Assembly (NCBI GenBank): GCA_963701295.1
Contig: OY969585.1
Coordinates: 3,424,001 to 3,488,000 of the forward strand
From: Ignavibacteriota bacterium
Lineage (GTDB): Bacteria; Bacteroidota; Ignavibacteria; UBA10030
Length of the DNA stretch: 64,000 bases
Direction: 5' to 3'
Shown here: positions 49,801 to 62,036 of the stretch, in pieces
How the letters are laid out: each line of letters begins with the position of its first letter
Numbering within the stretch: the first letter of the stretch is position 1
Position numbers and translations under genes: made by a program
Notes under the pieces: model-generated
Seen by the model: only the letters and a program-made list of their open reading frames with translations
Told to the model about the DNA's origin: nothing
The model's database searches: none

Positions 49801-52800
49801 TTGAACATATCAAGCGGTTTCTGTTCAAAACTCCTCACAGCTTCTTTTTCTTCTCCGACATGCAGGTTCTTAACAATCAAATTCAATGACTGCTCGTTGT
49901 CGAGAACGGTCGTAGTGGTCTGCGTAAGATCCGGTAGCTGGTTAACACCGGGAGGATGATTGTAATTTGGATCGTCCTCAACGTTAACAACACTGATTTC
50001 ATATGATGAATCTGCTTGATCCCTTTTTACCCATTGATTTCCAACAAGATTGAACTCTACAATGCGGAAGAGCGTTGGCTTGCTTGCTCCAGTCACCCAA
50101 AGACGCACTCCCTGAACGCTGGTCAATGTTGGATCTCCGATTTTTCTCGTATAATCAGAAAGCGGAATACGAATTTGCCGCCAACCGCTTTTTGCCCCCT
50201 TCCCTGTAACTAATTTCTGGAACACAAGGCTGTTAGTATCGAGCGGTATTTCATATTCAAAATACGAGTTGATTCGATCCAAGCTCTTATTTCCATTCAA
50301 ATCCTCACCATCAGGTGCCCTTCCTTCCATACTGTTGTAATTTCCTTCGGTACCATTGACTTTATCATACCGATTAGCGTCTGTAGTATCAACAAGTCTG
50401 CCTCCAAGGAGTAATTGTGCCCAATCATCTCCTGATGGATCGGCAGCATATTGTGGATAACGGGCGATGAAATCTTTGTAATAATTTTGTTCCATCGCAT
50501 CGCTCATTGTATCAAGACCCCAATCGAAGCTGGGATTACACACTCCTCGTGGAATATGGTTCGGATTATCCAATCCATCTTCCGTGTGCAATTTATTATC
50601 TCCGAAAAGATCTTCACTTATGTACCCAAGATCTATATTAAGTTTCGCCACACTATCCTGCTGTCCCAGGATATTTACCCAAAGCTCGACAAAAGTAACG
50701 TTTTGATCAACAAGGTTTGTTGATGTTGTACCAAGGACGCGTTGCATACCGGCCCAAGATTTTGTGTGAGAGCTGCCATCACTTTTTCCCAAGCCGATCG
50801 TATGCTCAAGATCCATAGAATAGTTGAACTCGCCGCGAACGGCTGGACGAAAATAAAAATCCAAAGATGTAACTTGATCTTGTCCTGCTATATCAGTCTT
50901 TTTTGCCCAAATATCTGAAATAATCACATCGGTCGGAAGAACATTGAACCAGCAGGCGCGCGCTTTGTAATGCATCTTTTCCGTATCTGCCATAATGCCG
51001 TTAATCGCCTCGCCGGTAGGGATGGAGTGAATATCCCCTGTATATGAGGTATCAAGATTCGGATTATACCATGGCGCGCTTGCATCTTTCCATGCTAAAT
51101 ATGAACCACCAAGAGGAATAGACTGTTTGGCACCTTCAAAGTCGTCAATATAGGCAACGCCCTTACCGCCGTCACTTGGTATAGGACTCGTACGAGTATT
51201 CGGGTTGGGGAGCATATATGCCACTTCACCGCTGACAGAGATTTGTGATAACGCTGTTGTTTTTGCACCGGGAAGAAAATTCAGCGCATTAGTTAGCCAA
51301 GGAGCATCCATGGTAGTATGGCTGTCGAGCCCTAACATTACATTACTGATCGGTTCTTCACCAAGACGCACCTTATCACTTAACGACTGTTGGCTGTATT
51401 TCATGACGGTAAACCCAAGCGAAGAACTTTTACCGAGATTGAACTCCCCCCGCGCACCCATTAATGATTTTGAAGCAAGCTGGAACATATCGTTCGCTTC
51501 GTATTTGATCTGGATATCCCTGCCTGGTGATAAATACATTTGATTTTTGATAAACACTTTACCAGAAATATAATCTACTGTATAATCGACACCGGGGGTA
51601 AGTGGCTGCCCGCCCGAAATCACTTGTACGCTTCCTTCAACAGTGTTAAAACCAATCGAGAAACTCGCTGCCCCTGAACCTTTAACAGTACCGCGTAAAT
51701 AGTATCTATTTTTGGGGTCATTCTGGGCAGCCGAGGCGCTCGTATCATAGATCGCGTCATAGGACAATGAATCTGAATAGTTAATTATATCCCCCGTAGA
51801 AAGTGCGGGTTGATGTGCGGTTAAAAACTTTCTAATACTTAAAGAATCAAAAGGTTCAACGGTCGGGAAAATAATCTCACCATTCACTTGATCAATCGTG
51901 ACACCGGCACTATAATCGAACACTTTGTCTGGCGGCGCCTGACCGCTCGTACCGGAAAAACGATCCAATCCAAATAATTCCAGAAGTCCAATATTTTGCG
52001 GCAATACTTCCTTCGTTGCTGTTTGTCCGGGTAATTGATACTCAATGTGAAATTCAAAAGAATTTGGGTCGATACCGGTTACGTAAAGAGGGTAGCGGTT
52101 TTTCAATTGCAGCTTCCACGCAGTTGGCAAATTGTTCTGTAAATTTTGGGGGCGAACAAGTTTCATTATAAGTTTTATAGAATCTGTCGGATCTCTTTGT
52201 TCCTGCCCGGAGTTACCGATGTATCTCGGAGAATTATCAGCATTACTGATGACGTAATACACAGCAACTGCCTGATTGTCTTGAAGTGATGTCCTCAGAG
52301 AAATAATGCCTGCATTTTTATTGACATCATATTGGGTTGGGTCCAGTTTGATGAAGAGTCCCTGCTCAACTTCCCCCGGAATTGGATCATAATTTTTGTG
52401 GCGGGCAAGAGTATTCGTTCGCAGACTTTCCACCATGGCTTGATTCATAAACGCCGTAACATTCCGCGCTGATTGTGGAGGCACCGATACTGTCGATGTG
52501 ACCCACACTTCAATTTCACGAATCAGCATAGATTGTTTAGAACGATTATTAAGATAATAATCTTCATACAGCCCTATGTACGATGTATCGATAAAAAAGT
52601 GATTCGTAGAATAAGCAGACGGAAGAATTTCAATTGGCTTTGCTTCCCCACCTCCGGAGACGGAAATTTGTTTCACCTGGCCTTTCTTCTGTGTGGCTAC
52701 GGTCGTTAAGCGCAAGGGCCCTAACTGAAATTTTGCTAAGATACCGAACAACGCCGAACCGCCGGAAATAAATGATGAGTTGGTAGGCAATGATACATTT

Positions 52801-53759
52801 CCTGCTTCCACGCTTTGCACAATTTCATCTTCGTACCCCGTGTATTTTACATGGAGTTGGTTCTCATAATCGAACGTGCGCTGTGTATTCCAGTCGGCGG
52901 CAATATTCAATTTATCCCCGATTTCGCCATCCACAGTCACTTGTATTTGTTGTGTGAAATCGGGCGTACTTTGGCTCTGCCCCAAAGGGTTCGATGTAGC
53001 GAGATCATATTTCGTATTGCGAAATCCGGCATGAATGTCGATCGCACCATTCACGCTCAACTTAATAATGTTAGGACCAAAAATGCTGAAGATTGGGTTC
53101 TTCGGAATGGGAACATCAATTTTAGTGATCGAGCCCATCAAATCACTCAATGTAGTTTTCGCATCAATTTGCTGTGAATAAGACTGCGACATCAATTCCC
53201 AATTCTGTCGGACTGATTGCTTCAATCGAAGTGATGAATATTCTTCAAATGGAACGTCAGTCGGGATACGCGAGTCGTTCTCGTCTACTGTGCGCCGTAA
53301 ACGATAAACCCATTTTGTTGAATCCAATGATGCCTGATATTTTACGACTGGTGGAGCGGAAAGAAATAATGGATGCTCTTTGTGATATGTACCTTCAGCC
53401 ATTGGATTATCTTTACGGACATATGTAAATTGGGCAATACGTGCAGAAGAATCCCGTGGGAGCGCACGGATTGCTGCCAATTGAGCCGCGAAGTTTGTAT
53501 CTGCTCTTGCACCGGTCAATGTTGTCTGAGATAATGCACGCTTTTGAGCAGCTTTGGCACGTCGAGAAAGTTTCCCAGATGCAAATTGTTGTTGTGAAGG
53601 TACGGAATCCTGACTTGCAGTTGTCGGGAACGACTCGTAGTTCGCCGCAATCGTAAGGTTAGACGCATCGATCTGTATCTGGCTGCCAAATGCGAGAGCT
53701 ACTATTGCACTGCTCCACCAGAACATTCGTGTTCGGAAAAATATTTTACACTGAACCAC
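46808..53759 (-). CDS. sprA: T9SS outer-membrane translocon SprA (1-bp frameshift near 47690, probably a sequencing error)
   Basis: Very large beta-rich protein with VEAGNVSLP, GEEPISN, YIDDFEG and WADELRL. Removing one base from GGGG at 47688-47691 joins the 2035-aa and 310-aa ORFs. Confidence 0.88.
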
Positions 53760-53981
53760 GTGCGCTCAGTCAGTCGTTTATTAATAAAGGATAATCGTTT
53801 AAAGCCAATTTAGAATGGTCGCAACCGTTCGATATGGCTCCAGGTAGAATCTGAATGAGGGAATTTAAGGGATGTAACGTTCATACTTCTTGCAACCTTT
53901 TCTGACGAATACGTACTATGAAAACTTAGCGAAAAGAACTCAAAATTGCAAGCACTGGATAAGTCAAAAATCAATAGCATT

Positions 53982-54350
53982 TTACTGCTTATTCTGCTTA
54001 AACGTCAGCAGAATCGCTTTTACCTGCTCAAATTCGCTTTCTATCTCTTTCGTATTTATACTTGCCGAAATCGGTATGCCGGAGCGTCCCAGCTCTTCCA
54101 GTTTAAAACAAGCTGCGCCAAGTTGTTTTGCCCCGAGATTGAGGCTGCTTCCTTTGAGCGTGTGTGCCGCAATGGTCAGCATATGATGGTCCTGAGTGTC
54201 CAGCGCCTTTACTATGGTCTGTATCTGTGTAGGTGTTTCGTTTAAATAGATATCGATCAGTTCAATAACAAATTCGTAATCGGTTTCCTGGACCAATTCC
54301 TGTAACCTAGTAAGAAGAGGATTGTCAGAGGTGTTGTCCGTTGTTGGCAT
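53982..54350 (-). CDS. Hpt (histidine phosphotransfer) protein
   Basis: AHTLKGSSLNLGA. Confidence 0.9.
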   Translation of the reverse strand: MPTTDNTSDNPLLTRLQELVQETDYEFVIELIDIYLNETPTQIQTIVKALDTQDHHMLTIAAHTLKGSSLNLGAKQLGAACFKLEELGRSGIPISASINTKEIESEFEQVKAILLTFKQNKQ

Positions 54351-54368
54351 AGGATTCTCTCACTTATT

Positions 54369-57300
54369 TTATTTTTTGTGAATTGTTTCATACCATTTTT
54401 GCATCATACGCCTGACTTCATCGATGAGAATAGGTTTGCTCATATAATCATTCATTCCAGCTTCAAGACATTTCTCCCTGTCGCCTTGCAAGGCATGAGC
54501 GGTCATCGCAATAATGACCGGTTGGTTTTCATGAGGGACTTCTCTTCGAATTCGCTGTGTTGCTTCGTTGCCATCCATCTCCGGCATTTGGACATCCATC
54601 AGCACAATATCGTACTTCTTCTGGTGCACAGCTTGTAACGCTTCTTTTCCGTTCGTTGTCACATCTACTTCTTGACCAAAATTCTTTAAAATACGCACGA
54701 TGAGTTTTTGGTTAATCATATTATCTTCCGCTATCAGAATACTCATAGGCGGTAATATTGTATTTTCTGCTCGCAAAACAGACTTCGCCTGCACTCCATC
54801 AATCCCGGATGATGAAGAAAACGAAAGAGTCGATTGCTTCAACAATGTAACAAGCGCGTCATAGAAGACACGATGCCTCACTGGTTTCAATACAATCTGA
54901 AGCGACGCATCATCCGGACGGATAATTTGATCACGTTTTGCTCTGGATACCAATATTACAAATACAATATCCTGCTTTCCGCTCGCACTTCGGAATGCTT
55001 CCCTTATCTGTACTCCGCTATAATCCGGCAAGGTTTGCTCAGCTACGACAATGTCGAATTGTTCGCCATTTTTTATGTGATCAAGAGATTCTTCCACTGT
55101 TGCTGCCGAATGCACCGAGAATCCCCATTCAACTAGTAACTCGTTCAGCGTTCGCCGGCAAGTTGAGTTATCATCGATAAGAAGCACTTTCTTTTGAGTT
55201 TGGGGGTCATAAGTCTCTGGCTTGGATATTTTTATCAACGGAGGATATACATTATTGTCTCGCGTATCACTTAAGTATTTAGAAACGTTAATGGTGAACC
55301 AAAATGTGCTTCCTTCTGCAAGTGTGCTTTCCACCCAGATTTGTCCGCCAAGAAGATCGACCGCATAGGAACAAATGGCAAGTCCGAGTCCTGTACCGCC
55401 GTATTTTCTTGTAGAAGAAGAATCGACCTGTGAGAATGGCTTAAAAAGTTTATGTAGACGGTCAGATGAAATTCCAATTCCAGTGTCACGGACAGAAAAG
55501 ATGAGTTCAACATTGCCATCCTTTTCGGAAGCCTGGGATACAACAACGTAGATTTCACCTTGTTCAGTAAATTTAATAGCATTGCTGACGAGATTTACTA
55601 ACACTTGACGCAGTCGCGTAGCATCGACGATAACAACTTGAGGTACTTGTTCATCAATCCAATACACTAGATCGATGTTCTTTTGATCTGCCTGAATAGC
55701 AAACAGTTCGAAAATCTCCTCAATACAAGTTTCAATACGGAATGGATGTTTTTCCAGTTCGATTTTGTGCGATTCAATCTTCGAGAAGTCAAGAATGTCA
55801 TTGAGCACCTTAAGCAAGGCATCGCCGCTTAATCGGATCGTTTCCGTATACTCACGCTGCTCTGGAGTCAGCATTGTACGACACAGCAGATCGATTGTGC
55901 CGATTATTCCGTTCATCGGAGTACGAATCTCATGGCTCATATTAGCAAGGAATTCATTTTTAACTCTGTACGCGATCTCTACAGCTTCTTTTGCAAGCTG
56001 AAGTTCTTCACGCAATTGTTTGGATTCCGCGTTTTGATCAACAAACACACGGAAGCGTTCCTCGCTCATTTGCAAAGCCTCTTGCGCGAGCTTAACTTCG
56101 CTGATGTCTGTGAGTGTCCCTTCGAAATAGAGAATGTCACCAAGTTTATTCCGAACGACACGAGCATTATCCAACACGGTGATGATGTGACCATCCTTCC
56201 GTCTGAGTCTGAACTCAGCGTTCTTAATCCGCTCTCCTTTGATCAGAAGTTCCAGATATTTTTTTCGTTCCTCCGAGTCGACATAGATATCTTTTTCAAC
56301 ATTGAGAAGCAACAAGTCGGTCTCTGTTTCATAGCCAAGCATTCGAGCTAAAGCCGGATTAGCAGTTAGAATTTCTCCATCCGGTGTGGTTTGATACACG
56401 CCGTCCAGAACGTTTTCGATGAGCGACCGATATTTCGCTTCAGAACTGCGAATGATCTGTTCCGCCTTCCTGCGTTCAGCAACATTGCGCAGCACAACTT
56501 GGATAGCGGAACTCCCCTGCCATGAGAACGGTATGGCAGCAACTTCTGCTTCAAACGTTGTCCAATCGACACGAAAAAATTTTTCTTCTGTGGTTGGTAC
56601 ACGTTTCCCTTGGTGCGCCATCTGGCGGAATTGATCTCTGATGGCAACACGATAATCCGGATGGACCATATCTACGATCGACCGTCCTACCAATTCATCA
56701 GATGATTCGGCACCGAAAATGTCAATTGCTGCACTATTCACAAAAGCGAATTTACCGCCGACAAACACACAAATCGGATCTGGCGAGAGTTCGACCAGTG
56801 CACGGTAACGTTCCTCACTCTCGCACAAAGCTTGATCTGCTCGCTTTTTCTCGGTGATATCACGTAACACTCCCATAACACCAATCACCTCGCCTTTTGC
56901 GTTTTGAAGAACAGAAGACGAGAAGAGACTTGGGAACGTTTCACCGTTTTTCCTCCGGTTAAGGATTTCTTGTACATAGCGACCGTTCTCTACAGTCATC
57001 TTGTGTATCTTCATCCCCTCGTCCGGATTGGCATAGAGAACGTTCGCATGTTTCCCCAAGACTTCTTTTGTTTCATATCCGAATGCTTCCTCCGCTGCTT
57101 TATTGAACTCGATAATGTTTCGATTCGTATCGACTGCGATAATCATATCCAATGAACTGTCGATGATGCTTTGCGCATATTCCTGTGCTGTTTTCAATCT
57201 CTCTTCAGCACGTTTCATCTCAGTAATATCGTGGGACATATTCATGGAACCAATTTTTTCACCAAGAGAATTTTTTAGTACTGACGACAACAGAAGACAA

Positions 57301-58367
57301 GGAAAAACTTCACCATTCTTCTTTATATTTAGTACTTCTGTGACTTCGCGTCCTAACTCATTAACTTGCCGATTGACGCGTATCTCTTCATCGGGATCGA
57401 CGTAGAGGATATTAATGTGCTTCCTGATCACTTCTTCTTTCTTGTAGCCAAACGTTCGTTCTGCCGCTTTATTGAATTCAATGATATGCCGCTCAAGATC
57501 GACTGCAATGACCATATCCATAGAACTATCTATAATACTTTGCGCATAATCCTGCGAGGCCTTTAATGCTTCCTGCACTCGCTTGCGCTCTGACACATCT
57601 TGAAACACCAATACCACTCCGACAGTATTTCCAAGTTCGTCTTTAATAGGTAAAGCACTCTCCTCAATCGGTAATTCTTTACCATCTCGCGAAATAAGTG
57701 TCGCATGGTACTTGAGAACAGCAGTAATCTTATTCTTCAGGATTTGATCAACAGGATTGATAGAGAATGATTTAACCAACTTATCTTTTGTCCGGAATAC
57801 CTTCAATAAATCTTTTCCGAGCACTTCGTTCATTTTCCACCCGGTAAGACTTTCAGCAACGGTGTTCATGAATTTGATCGATCCCCTTGCGTCAGTGGAG
57901 ATGACCGCTTCACCAATACTTCTCAGCGTTGTGCCATACCAGTTCTCGTTTTCTTTGAATCTCTGCTCCAACTCCTTTCGGTAGAATGCCATCTCGATCG
58001 TGGTCCGGAGTTCACGTTCATCAAGCGGTTTGAGGATATAACCAAAGGGTTCCGTTTTACTGGCACGCTTGAGCGTATCGGTGTCTATATCATCACTCAA
58101 GTATACAACGACAATTCCGTGTTGAGATCGAAGCGCTGATGCTGTTTCAATCCCATCCTTCTCACCCTTCAAGCGAACATCTATTAACACAAGATCGGGT
58201 GAAGTCGCAATCACTTTCTTCACAGCTTCGTCGCCTGTTGAAGCGAACCCTACAACATCGTATCCGAAATTAATCAAACGCTTTTGAAGATCTTTTGCAA
58301 CAATGTTATCGCCTTCGACAATAAGGATTTTTGGATTTGCCATTACGTCCGTATTCCTTCTTTGCAA
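54369..58367 (-). CDS. Cytoplasmic hybrid sensor histidine kinase (REC, 5 PAS, HisKA, HATPase, 2 REC)
   Basis: N-terminal receiver, repeated PAS/PAC, FLANMSHEIRTP, GGTGLGL and LMDVQMPEMDG. Confidence 0.93.
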   Translation of the reverse strand: MQRRNTDVMANPKILIVEGDNIVAKDLQKRLINFGYDVVGFASTGDEAVKKVIATSPDLVLIDVRLKGEKDGIETASALRSQHGIVVVYLSDDIDTDTLKRASKTEPFGYILKPLDERELRTTIEMAFYRKELEQRFKENENWYGTTLRSIGEAVISTDARGSIKFMNTVAESLTGWKMNEVLGKDLLKVFRTKDKLVKSFSINPVDQILKNKITAVLKYHATLISRDGKELPIEESALPIKDELGNTVGVVLVFQDVSERKRVQEALKASQDYAQSIIDSSMDMVIAVDLERHIIEFNKAAERTFGYKKEEVIRKHINILYVDPDEEIRVNRQVNELGREVTEVLNIKKNGEVFPCLLLSSVLKNSLGEKIGSMNMSHDITEMKRAEERLKTAQEYAQSIIDSSLDMIIAVDTNRNIIEFNKAAEEAFGYETKEVLGKHANVLYANPDEGMKIHKMTVENGRYVQEILNRRKNGETFPSLFSSSVLQNAKGEVIGVMGVLRDITEKKRADQALCESEERYRALVELSPDPICVFVGGKFAFVNSAAIDIFGAESSDELVGRSIVDMVHPDYRVAIRDQFRQMAHQGKRVPTTEEKFFRVDWTTFEAEVAAIPFSWQGSSAIQVVLRNVAERRKAEQIIRSSEAKYRSLIENVLDGVYQTTPDGEILTANPALARMLGYETETDLLLLNVEKDIYVDSEERKKYLELLIKGERIKNAEFRLRRKDGHIITVLDNARVVRNKLGDILYFEGTLTDISEVKLAQEALQMSEERFRVFVDQNAESKQLREELQLAKEAVEIAYRVKNEFLANMSHEIRTPMNGIIGTIDLLCRTMLTPEQREYTETIRLSGDALLKVLNDILDFSKIESHKIELEKHPFRIETCIEEIFELFAIQADQKNIDLVYWIDEQVPQVVIVDATRLRQVLVNLVSNAIKFTEQGEIYVVVSQASEKDGNVELIFSVRDTGIGISSDRLHKLFKPFSQVDSSSTRKYGGTGLGLAICSYAVDLLGGQIWVESTLAEGSTFWFTINVSKYLSDTRDNNVYPPLIKISKPETYDPQTQKKVLLIDDNSTCRRTLNELLVEWGFSVHSAATVEESLDHIKNGEQFDIVVAEQTLPDYSGVQIREAFRSASGKQDIVFVILVSRAKRDQIIRPDDASLQIVLKPVRHRVFYDALVTLLKQSTLSFSSSSGIDGVQAKSVLRAENTILPPMSILIAEDNMINQKLIVRILKNFGQEVDVTTNGKEALQAVHQKKYDIVLMDVQMPEMDGNEATQRIRREVPHENQPVIIAMTAHALQGDREKCLEAGMNDYMSKPILIDEVRRMMQKWYETIHKK

Positions 58368-58681
58368 AAATAAAGAGCAGTACCATTGACACCTGTGTGT
58401 TTTGATATCTCTTCCCAGGCGCGATGTACCATCACCTGTATATCCATTGCCGAGACAAAATTACTCTGGAGAAGACTGAAGAGCCGCAATTGGTGATACT
58501 TTCGATTCAGCACATTCTGCAAACTCCGTACTTCCACCTGCCCTTGATAGAATAGTAAGTCAAGGGCTTCTTCGATTTTACGCCAGCGCGAATTATCCGC
58601 ATTGAAAGATAGGAGAAATTGCTGCAAGTGTTTTGCGAGTGATTGTGCAATTTCATGTACTACAGTCCGGTTTTTGATCAC
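58343..58681 (-). CDS. Hypothetical protein
   Basis: 112-aa ORF directly upstream of the kinase; no recognised motif. Confidence 0.55.
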   Translation of the reverse strand: MIKNRTVVHEIAQSLAKHLQQFLLSFNADNSRWRKIEEALDLLFYQGQVEVRSLQNVLNRKYHQLRLFSLLQSNFVSAMDIQVMVHRAWEEISKHTGVNGTALYFCKEGIRT

Positions 58682-58818
58682 CTTAAGTTCCTTCAGAGCA
58701 ATAAACCCCCATGCGAAGGAATTCTACTACATGATTGTAGCAATATAGCTACCATCGCGGGCAAAGGCAACAAGCAAGTGCTTGTAATGAGCGGACATTC
58801 TCGTTATATTTCCAGTAG

Positions 58819-60189
58819 ATGTTTATTCTTTGGCGACATATCCTCCGTGTGCACATTGGACCCTTTATTTTTTCGGTGGTACTGATGATGTTCATTTTCC
58901 TTCTTCAATTTCTTATGAAGAACCTCGATCAATTGACTGGAAAAGGACTCAGCCCGGCAATCATCGCCGAATTGATCACTCTCAACCTTGCATGGATGCT
59001 TGTGTTGGCAGTCCCGATGGGTGTACTTGTGGCAACTCTCATGGCATTCGGTGGATTGGCATCTACCAACCAAATTACTGCAATGCGGGCAAGCGGTGTA
59101 AGTCTCTACAGGATGATTGCACCGGCCGTGGTCGGATCTATTATCGTTTGCCTTCTGCTCATCAGCTTCAATAATGATGTCCTGCCGGATGCCAATCATC
59201 GCACAAAGGTTCTGATGAGCGATATCTCTCATAAAAAACCAACACTCACTCTTGTACCAGGAATGTTCATCCAATTGTTGCAAGGGCATAGTATTCTTGT
59301 GCGAAAGACATTCGAACATACCAACGATCTTGAGGGTGTCACAATCATTGATTATTCCAAACCGATGACAGCGGCTACCATCACAGCACACCGCGGAATA
59401 ATTTCCTTCTCGACCGACTATCAGAAGCTGATTATGGATTTGTTTGACGGTGAAATTCATCAAGTCAATAATCAATTCAAGAACCAGTACCGGGTTATCC
59501 GTTTCCAGAAGCATCGGATGGTGATGGAAGCTGAGGGGTTCAACTTCCAACGTCATGAAGCAAGTTCTCAAGAGCGCGGAGACCGCGAGATGAATGTGCA
59601 GACAATGCAGCAAAAAGTGGATAGTATCCAGAAAGTACAGTCTGCAATCGAACTTCGTTTACACGAACAAATTGGAAAGCATGCCGAAGAAATTCTTGAT
59701 ATGAAATCCATTCATGAACCAGCTTCGGTCTTCAATGCACAACTCAATGGAATAAAAGTTGACCGCTCCTTGGAACAAACAATTCGTTATGATCTCTATC
59801 TGATCAGTGTCTGTAAACGGGAAGCGCGAGAATTTTTAGTAGAGATCCACAAAAAATTCGCAATTCCTTTTGCTTGCATTGTATTCGTGTTTATCGGCGC
59901 ACCGCTTGGCATTATGTCGCGCCGGGGAACATTTGGAGTTGGCGCAAGTTTAAGTTTGGGATTCTTTTTCTTCTATTGGGCATGCTTGAAGGGCGGCGAA
60001 AATCTCGCTGACCGAGGATTTTTTGATCCGTGGATTGGAATGTGGATTGCGAACATCGTCCTTGGGATCATAGGGTTATATTTGACATTTCGAACAGCCC
60101 GTGAGAACCTCACAATTGACTGGTCCGGTCTCGCACGCTTCGTTCCAAAATCATGGCGTTCCGATATTCCTCCACCGAGTGAAACTTGA
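58819..60189 (+). CDS. lptF: LPS export permease LptF-like
   Basis: NQITAMRASGVS and EIHKKFAIPFAC; paired with the downstream paralog. Confidence 0.8.
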   Translation: MFILWRHILRVHIGPFIFSVVLMMFIFLLQFLMKNLDQLTGKGLSPAIIAELITLNLAWMLVLAVPMGVLVATLMAFGGLASTNQITAMRASGVSLYRMIAPAVVGSIIVCLLLISFNNDVLPDANHRTKVLMSDISHKKPTLTLVPGMFIQLLQGHSILVRKTFEHTNDLEGVTIIDYSKPMTAATITAHRGIISFSTDYQKLIMDLFDGEIHQVNNQFKNQYRVIRFQKHRMVMEAEGFNFQRHEASSQERGDREMNVQTMQQKVDSIQKVQSAIELRLHEQIGKHAEEILDMKSIHEPASVFNAQLNGIKVDRSLEQTIRYDLYLISVCKREAREFLVEIHKKFAIPFACIVFVFIGAPLGIMSRRGTFGVGASLSLGFFFFYWACLKGGENLADRGFFDPWIGMWIANIVLGIIGLYLTFRTARENLTIDWSGLARFVPKSWRSDIPPPSET

Positions 60190-61289
60190 AAATTATTGAT
60201 CGTTATATTGTCCGGCAATTTCTCGTTTCTTTTTTCTTCGGACTGATCGCATTCATACTCATCTTCGTCATCGCCAATATGATGGAGAATCTGGATGATT
60301 TTATCGATGTACATGCGCCACTAAAAGTTATTGTTGAGTATTACATTGCGTTTATTCCGGAAATTATCAAGTTCATGACTCCTATGGCGGTACTGCTTGC
60401 TGCACTCTTTATTACAGGGCGATTGTCCAGCCAGAATGAACTCTCCGCTATCAAATCCACCGGCACCAGTTTGTACCGGATCATGGCACCATTTCTTATT
60501 GTTTCGCTTATGATCAGTCTTACATCCATTTTTTTTAACGGTTGGATCGTGCCGTATGCCAATCAGAAAAAATTTTACATTGAACGCATGCATTTGAATC
60601 GCTCTGTCACTACAAATAATAGGTACAATATCCTCTTTCAGGAAGGTCTCAGACGTATTGTCTCGATCAACTACTATGACCCACAAGCTAAGTGCGCGCG
60701 ACAAGTTAGTATTCAAGATTTCGACACCAACGATATGACCATCCTTCGACAACGGTTCGATGCACTCCAGATGCAATGGATACAACCGCTAGGAGATGAT
60801 GCACTGAAAGGAAGTTGGGTGCTGCTTAATGGAACGACACAGTGTTTCATTGATACAGCTCAAACGCTTGTACGATTCGACAGTTTGAAGGTGGGAAAAC
60901 TTGCATTGACACCCATCGATATCGAGAAGAAACAGCGTACACCGGATGAAATGAATTACACGGATTTACGAGAGTTTATTGAAAATCAAAAACGTGCCGG
61001 GCAAGATGTCGCACGGTGGTTAGTGGAGTATCATTTCAAACTAGCTTTCCCTTTTGCAAGCATTATTATGGTGCTGTTCGGTGTCCCATTTGCATCGAGC
61101 AGGCCACGCACCGGTGCTGCACTGGGATTCGGTATTGCTCTCGCTGTGTCGTTCATTTACCTTATTTTCATGAAAGCAAGCCAGGTCTTTGGTTACAACG
61201 GCGATCTCGACCCGCTTCTTACCGCATGGCTTTCCAACCTCATTTTTCTCGTGGCTGGTATTGTCAACCTTTTCAGAGTTCAGAAATAG
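60186..61289 (+). CDS. lptG: LPS export permease LptG-like
   Basis: IIDRYI, NELSAIKSTG, KLAFPFA and AWLSN. Confidence 0.8.
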   Translation: MKIIDRYIVRQFLVSFFFGLIAFILIFVIANMMENLDDFIDVHAPLKVIVEYYIAFIPEIIKFMTPMAVLLAALFITGRLSSQNELSAIKSTGTSLYRIMAPFLIVSLMISLTSIFFNGWIVPYANQKKFYIERMHLNRSVTTNNRYNILFQEGLRRIVSINYYDPQAKCARQVSIQDFDTNDMTILRQRFDALQMQWIQPLGDDALKGSWVLLNGTTQCFIDTAQTLVRFDSLKVGKLALTPIDIEKKQRTPDEMNYTDLREFIENQKRAGQDVARWLVEYHFKLAFPFASIIMVLFGVPFASSRPRTGAALGFGIALAVSFIYLIFMKASQVFGYNGDLDPLLTAWLSNLIFLVAGIVNLFRVQK

Positions 61290-61442
61290 CAGGCATTGTT
61301 ATGAGTCTTACCTTGCCGGTCTATTGTGAACTATTTGTAAAAAGGAAACCAATACAACAAAATTCTAATTCGAATATTCCACTCTGATAGAGCTTGTTAA
61401 ATTTTGCGTATCCCACAGGACATGGGAAAAAGTATAGTGAGC

Positions 61443-61862
61443 CTATTTCGATCTTTCCTTTCGTGCTTGATACTTATTAAACACTTGCTCCACTAAGATT
61501 GGCAACCGTATGGTATCCATTTCTCCTTTAATGAAATACTCTTCAGCTCCCCATTTGAAGGCTTCTTCAAATATCTCATCCCCCCCATGACTAGTGATCA
61601 GAATAACGGGGATATTCATCTTCCTCCCGTACATCCATTGCAGTATATTGATACCGTTCGTTCCTTCCATTTTAAAATCCAACAACACAATATCGAACAA
61701 ATCCTTCTGCAGACAAGTCAATGTCTCTTCACCTGAATTACTCACTGTAACTAAATAACCATGATCTGTGAGAGATCTTTTTAGAAGGGCAGAATAAGGA
61801 TGATCGTCATCTGCCACAAGTACACGAAGCGACTGCGTATTCATACGTGCACCACGATGCAA
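61443..61862 (-). CDS. Single-domain response regulator
   Basis: VADDD, LLD, ITS and K receiver residues. Confidence 0.88.
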   Translation of the reverse strand: MHRGARMNTQSLRVLVADDDHPYSALLKRSLTDHGYLVTVSNSGEETLTCLQKDLFDIVLLDFKMEGTNGINILQWMYGRKMNIPVILITSHGGDEIFEEAFKWGAEEYFIKGEMDTIRLPILVEQVFNKYQARKERSK

Positions 61863-62036
61863 TTGGTTGGATAGTAATATATACTGTAAGTGTACAATAA
61901 ACCAAAGAAGAAGCCAAACTGCCTAAAAGCAAATTCATCTGCTCTCGACTGACGATCGAGGAACATGTAATTCTCCAGAAGAATCAATGTATTTCTGTTC
62001 CATAATAACTCTCAAGAATCATGAAGTGGAAGCACA

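Noticed and set aside
58804-59613. 269-aa minus-strand ORF
   Set aside because: Antisense to lptF.
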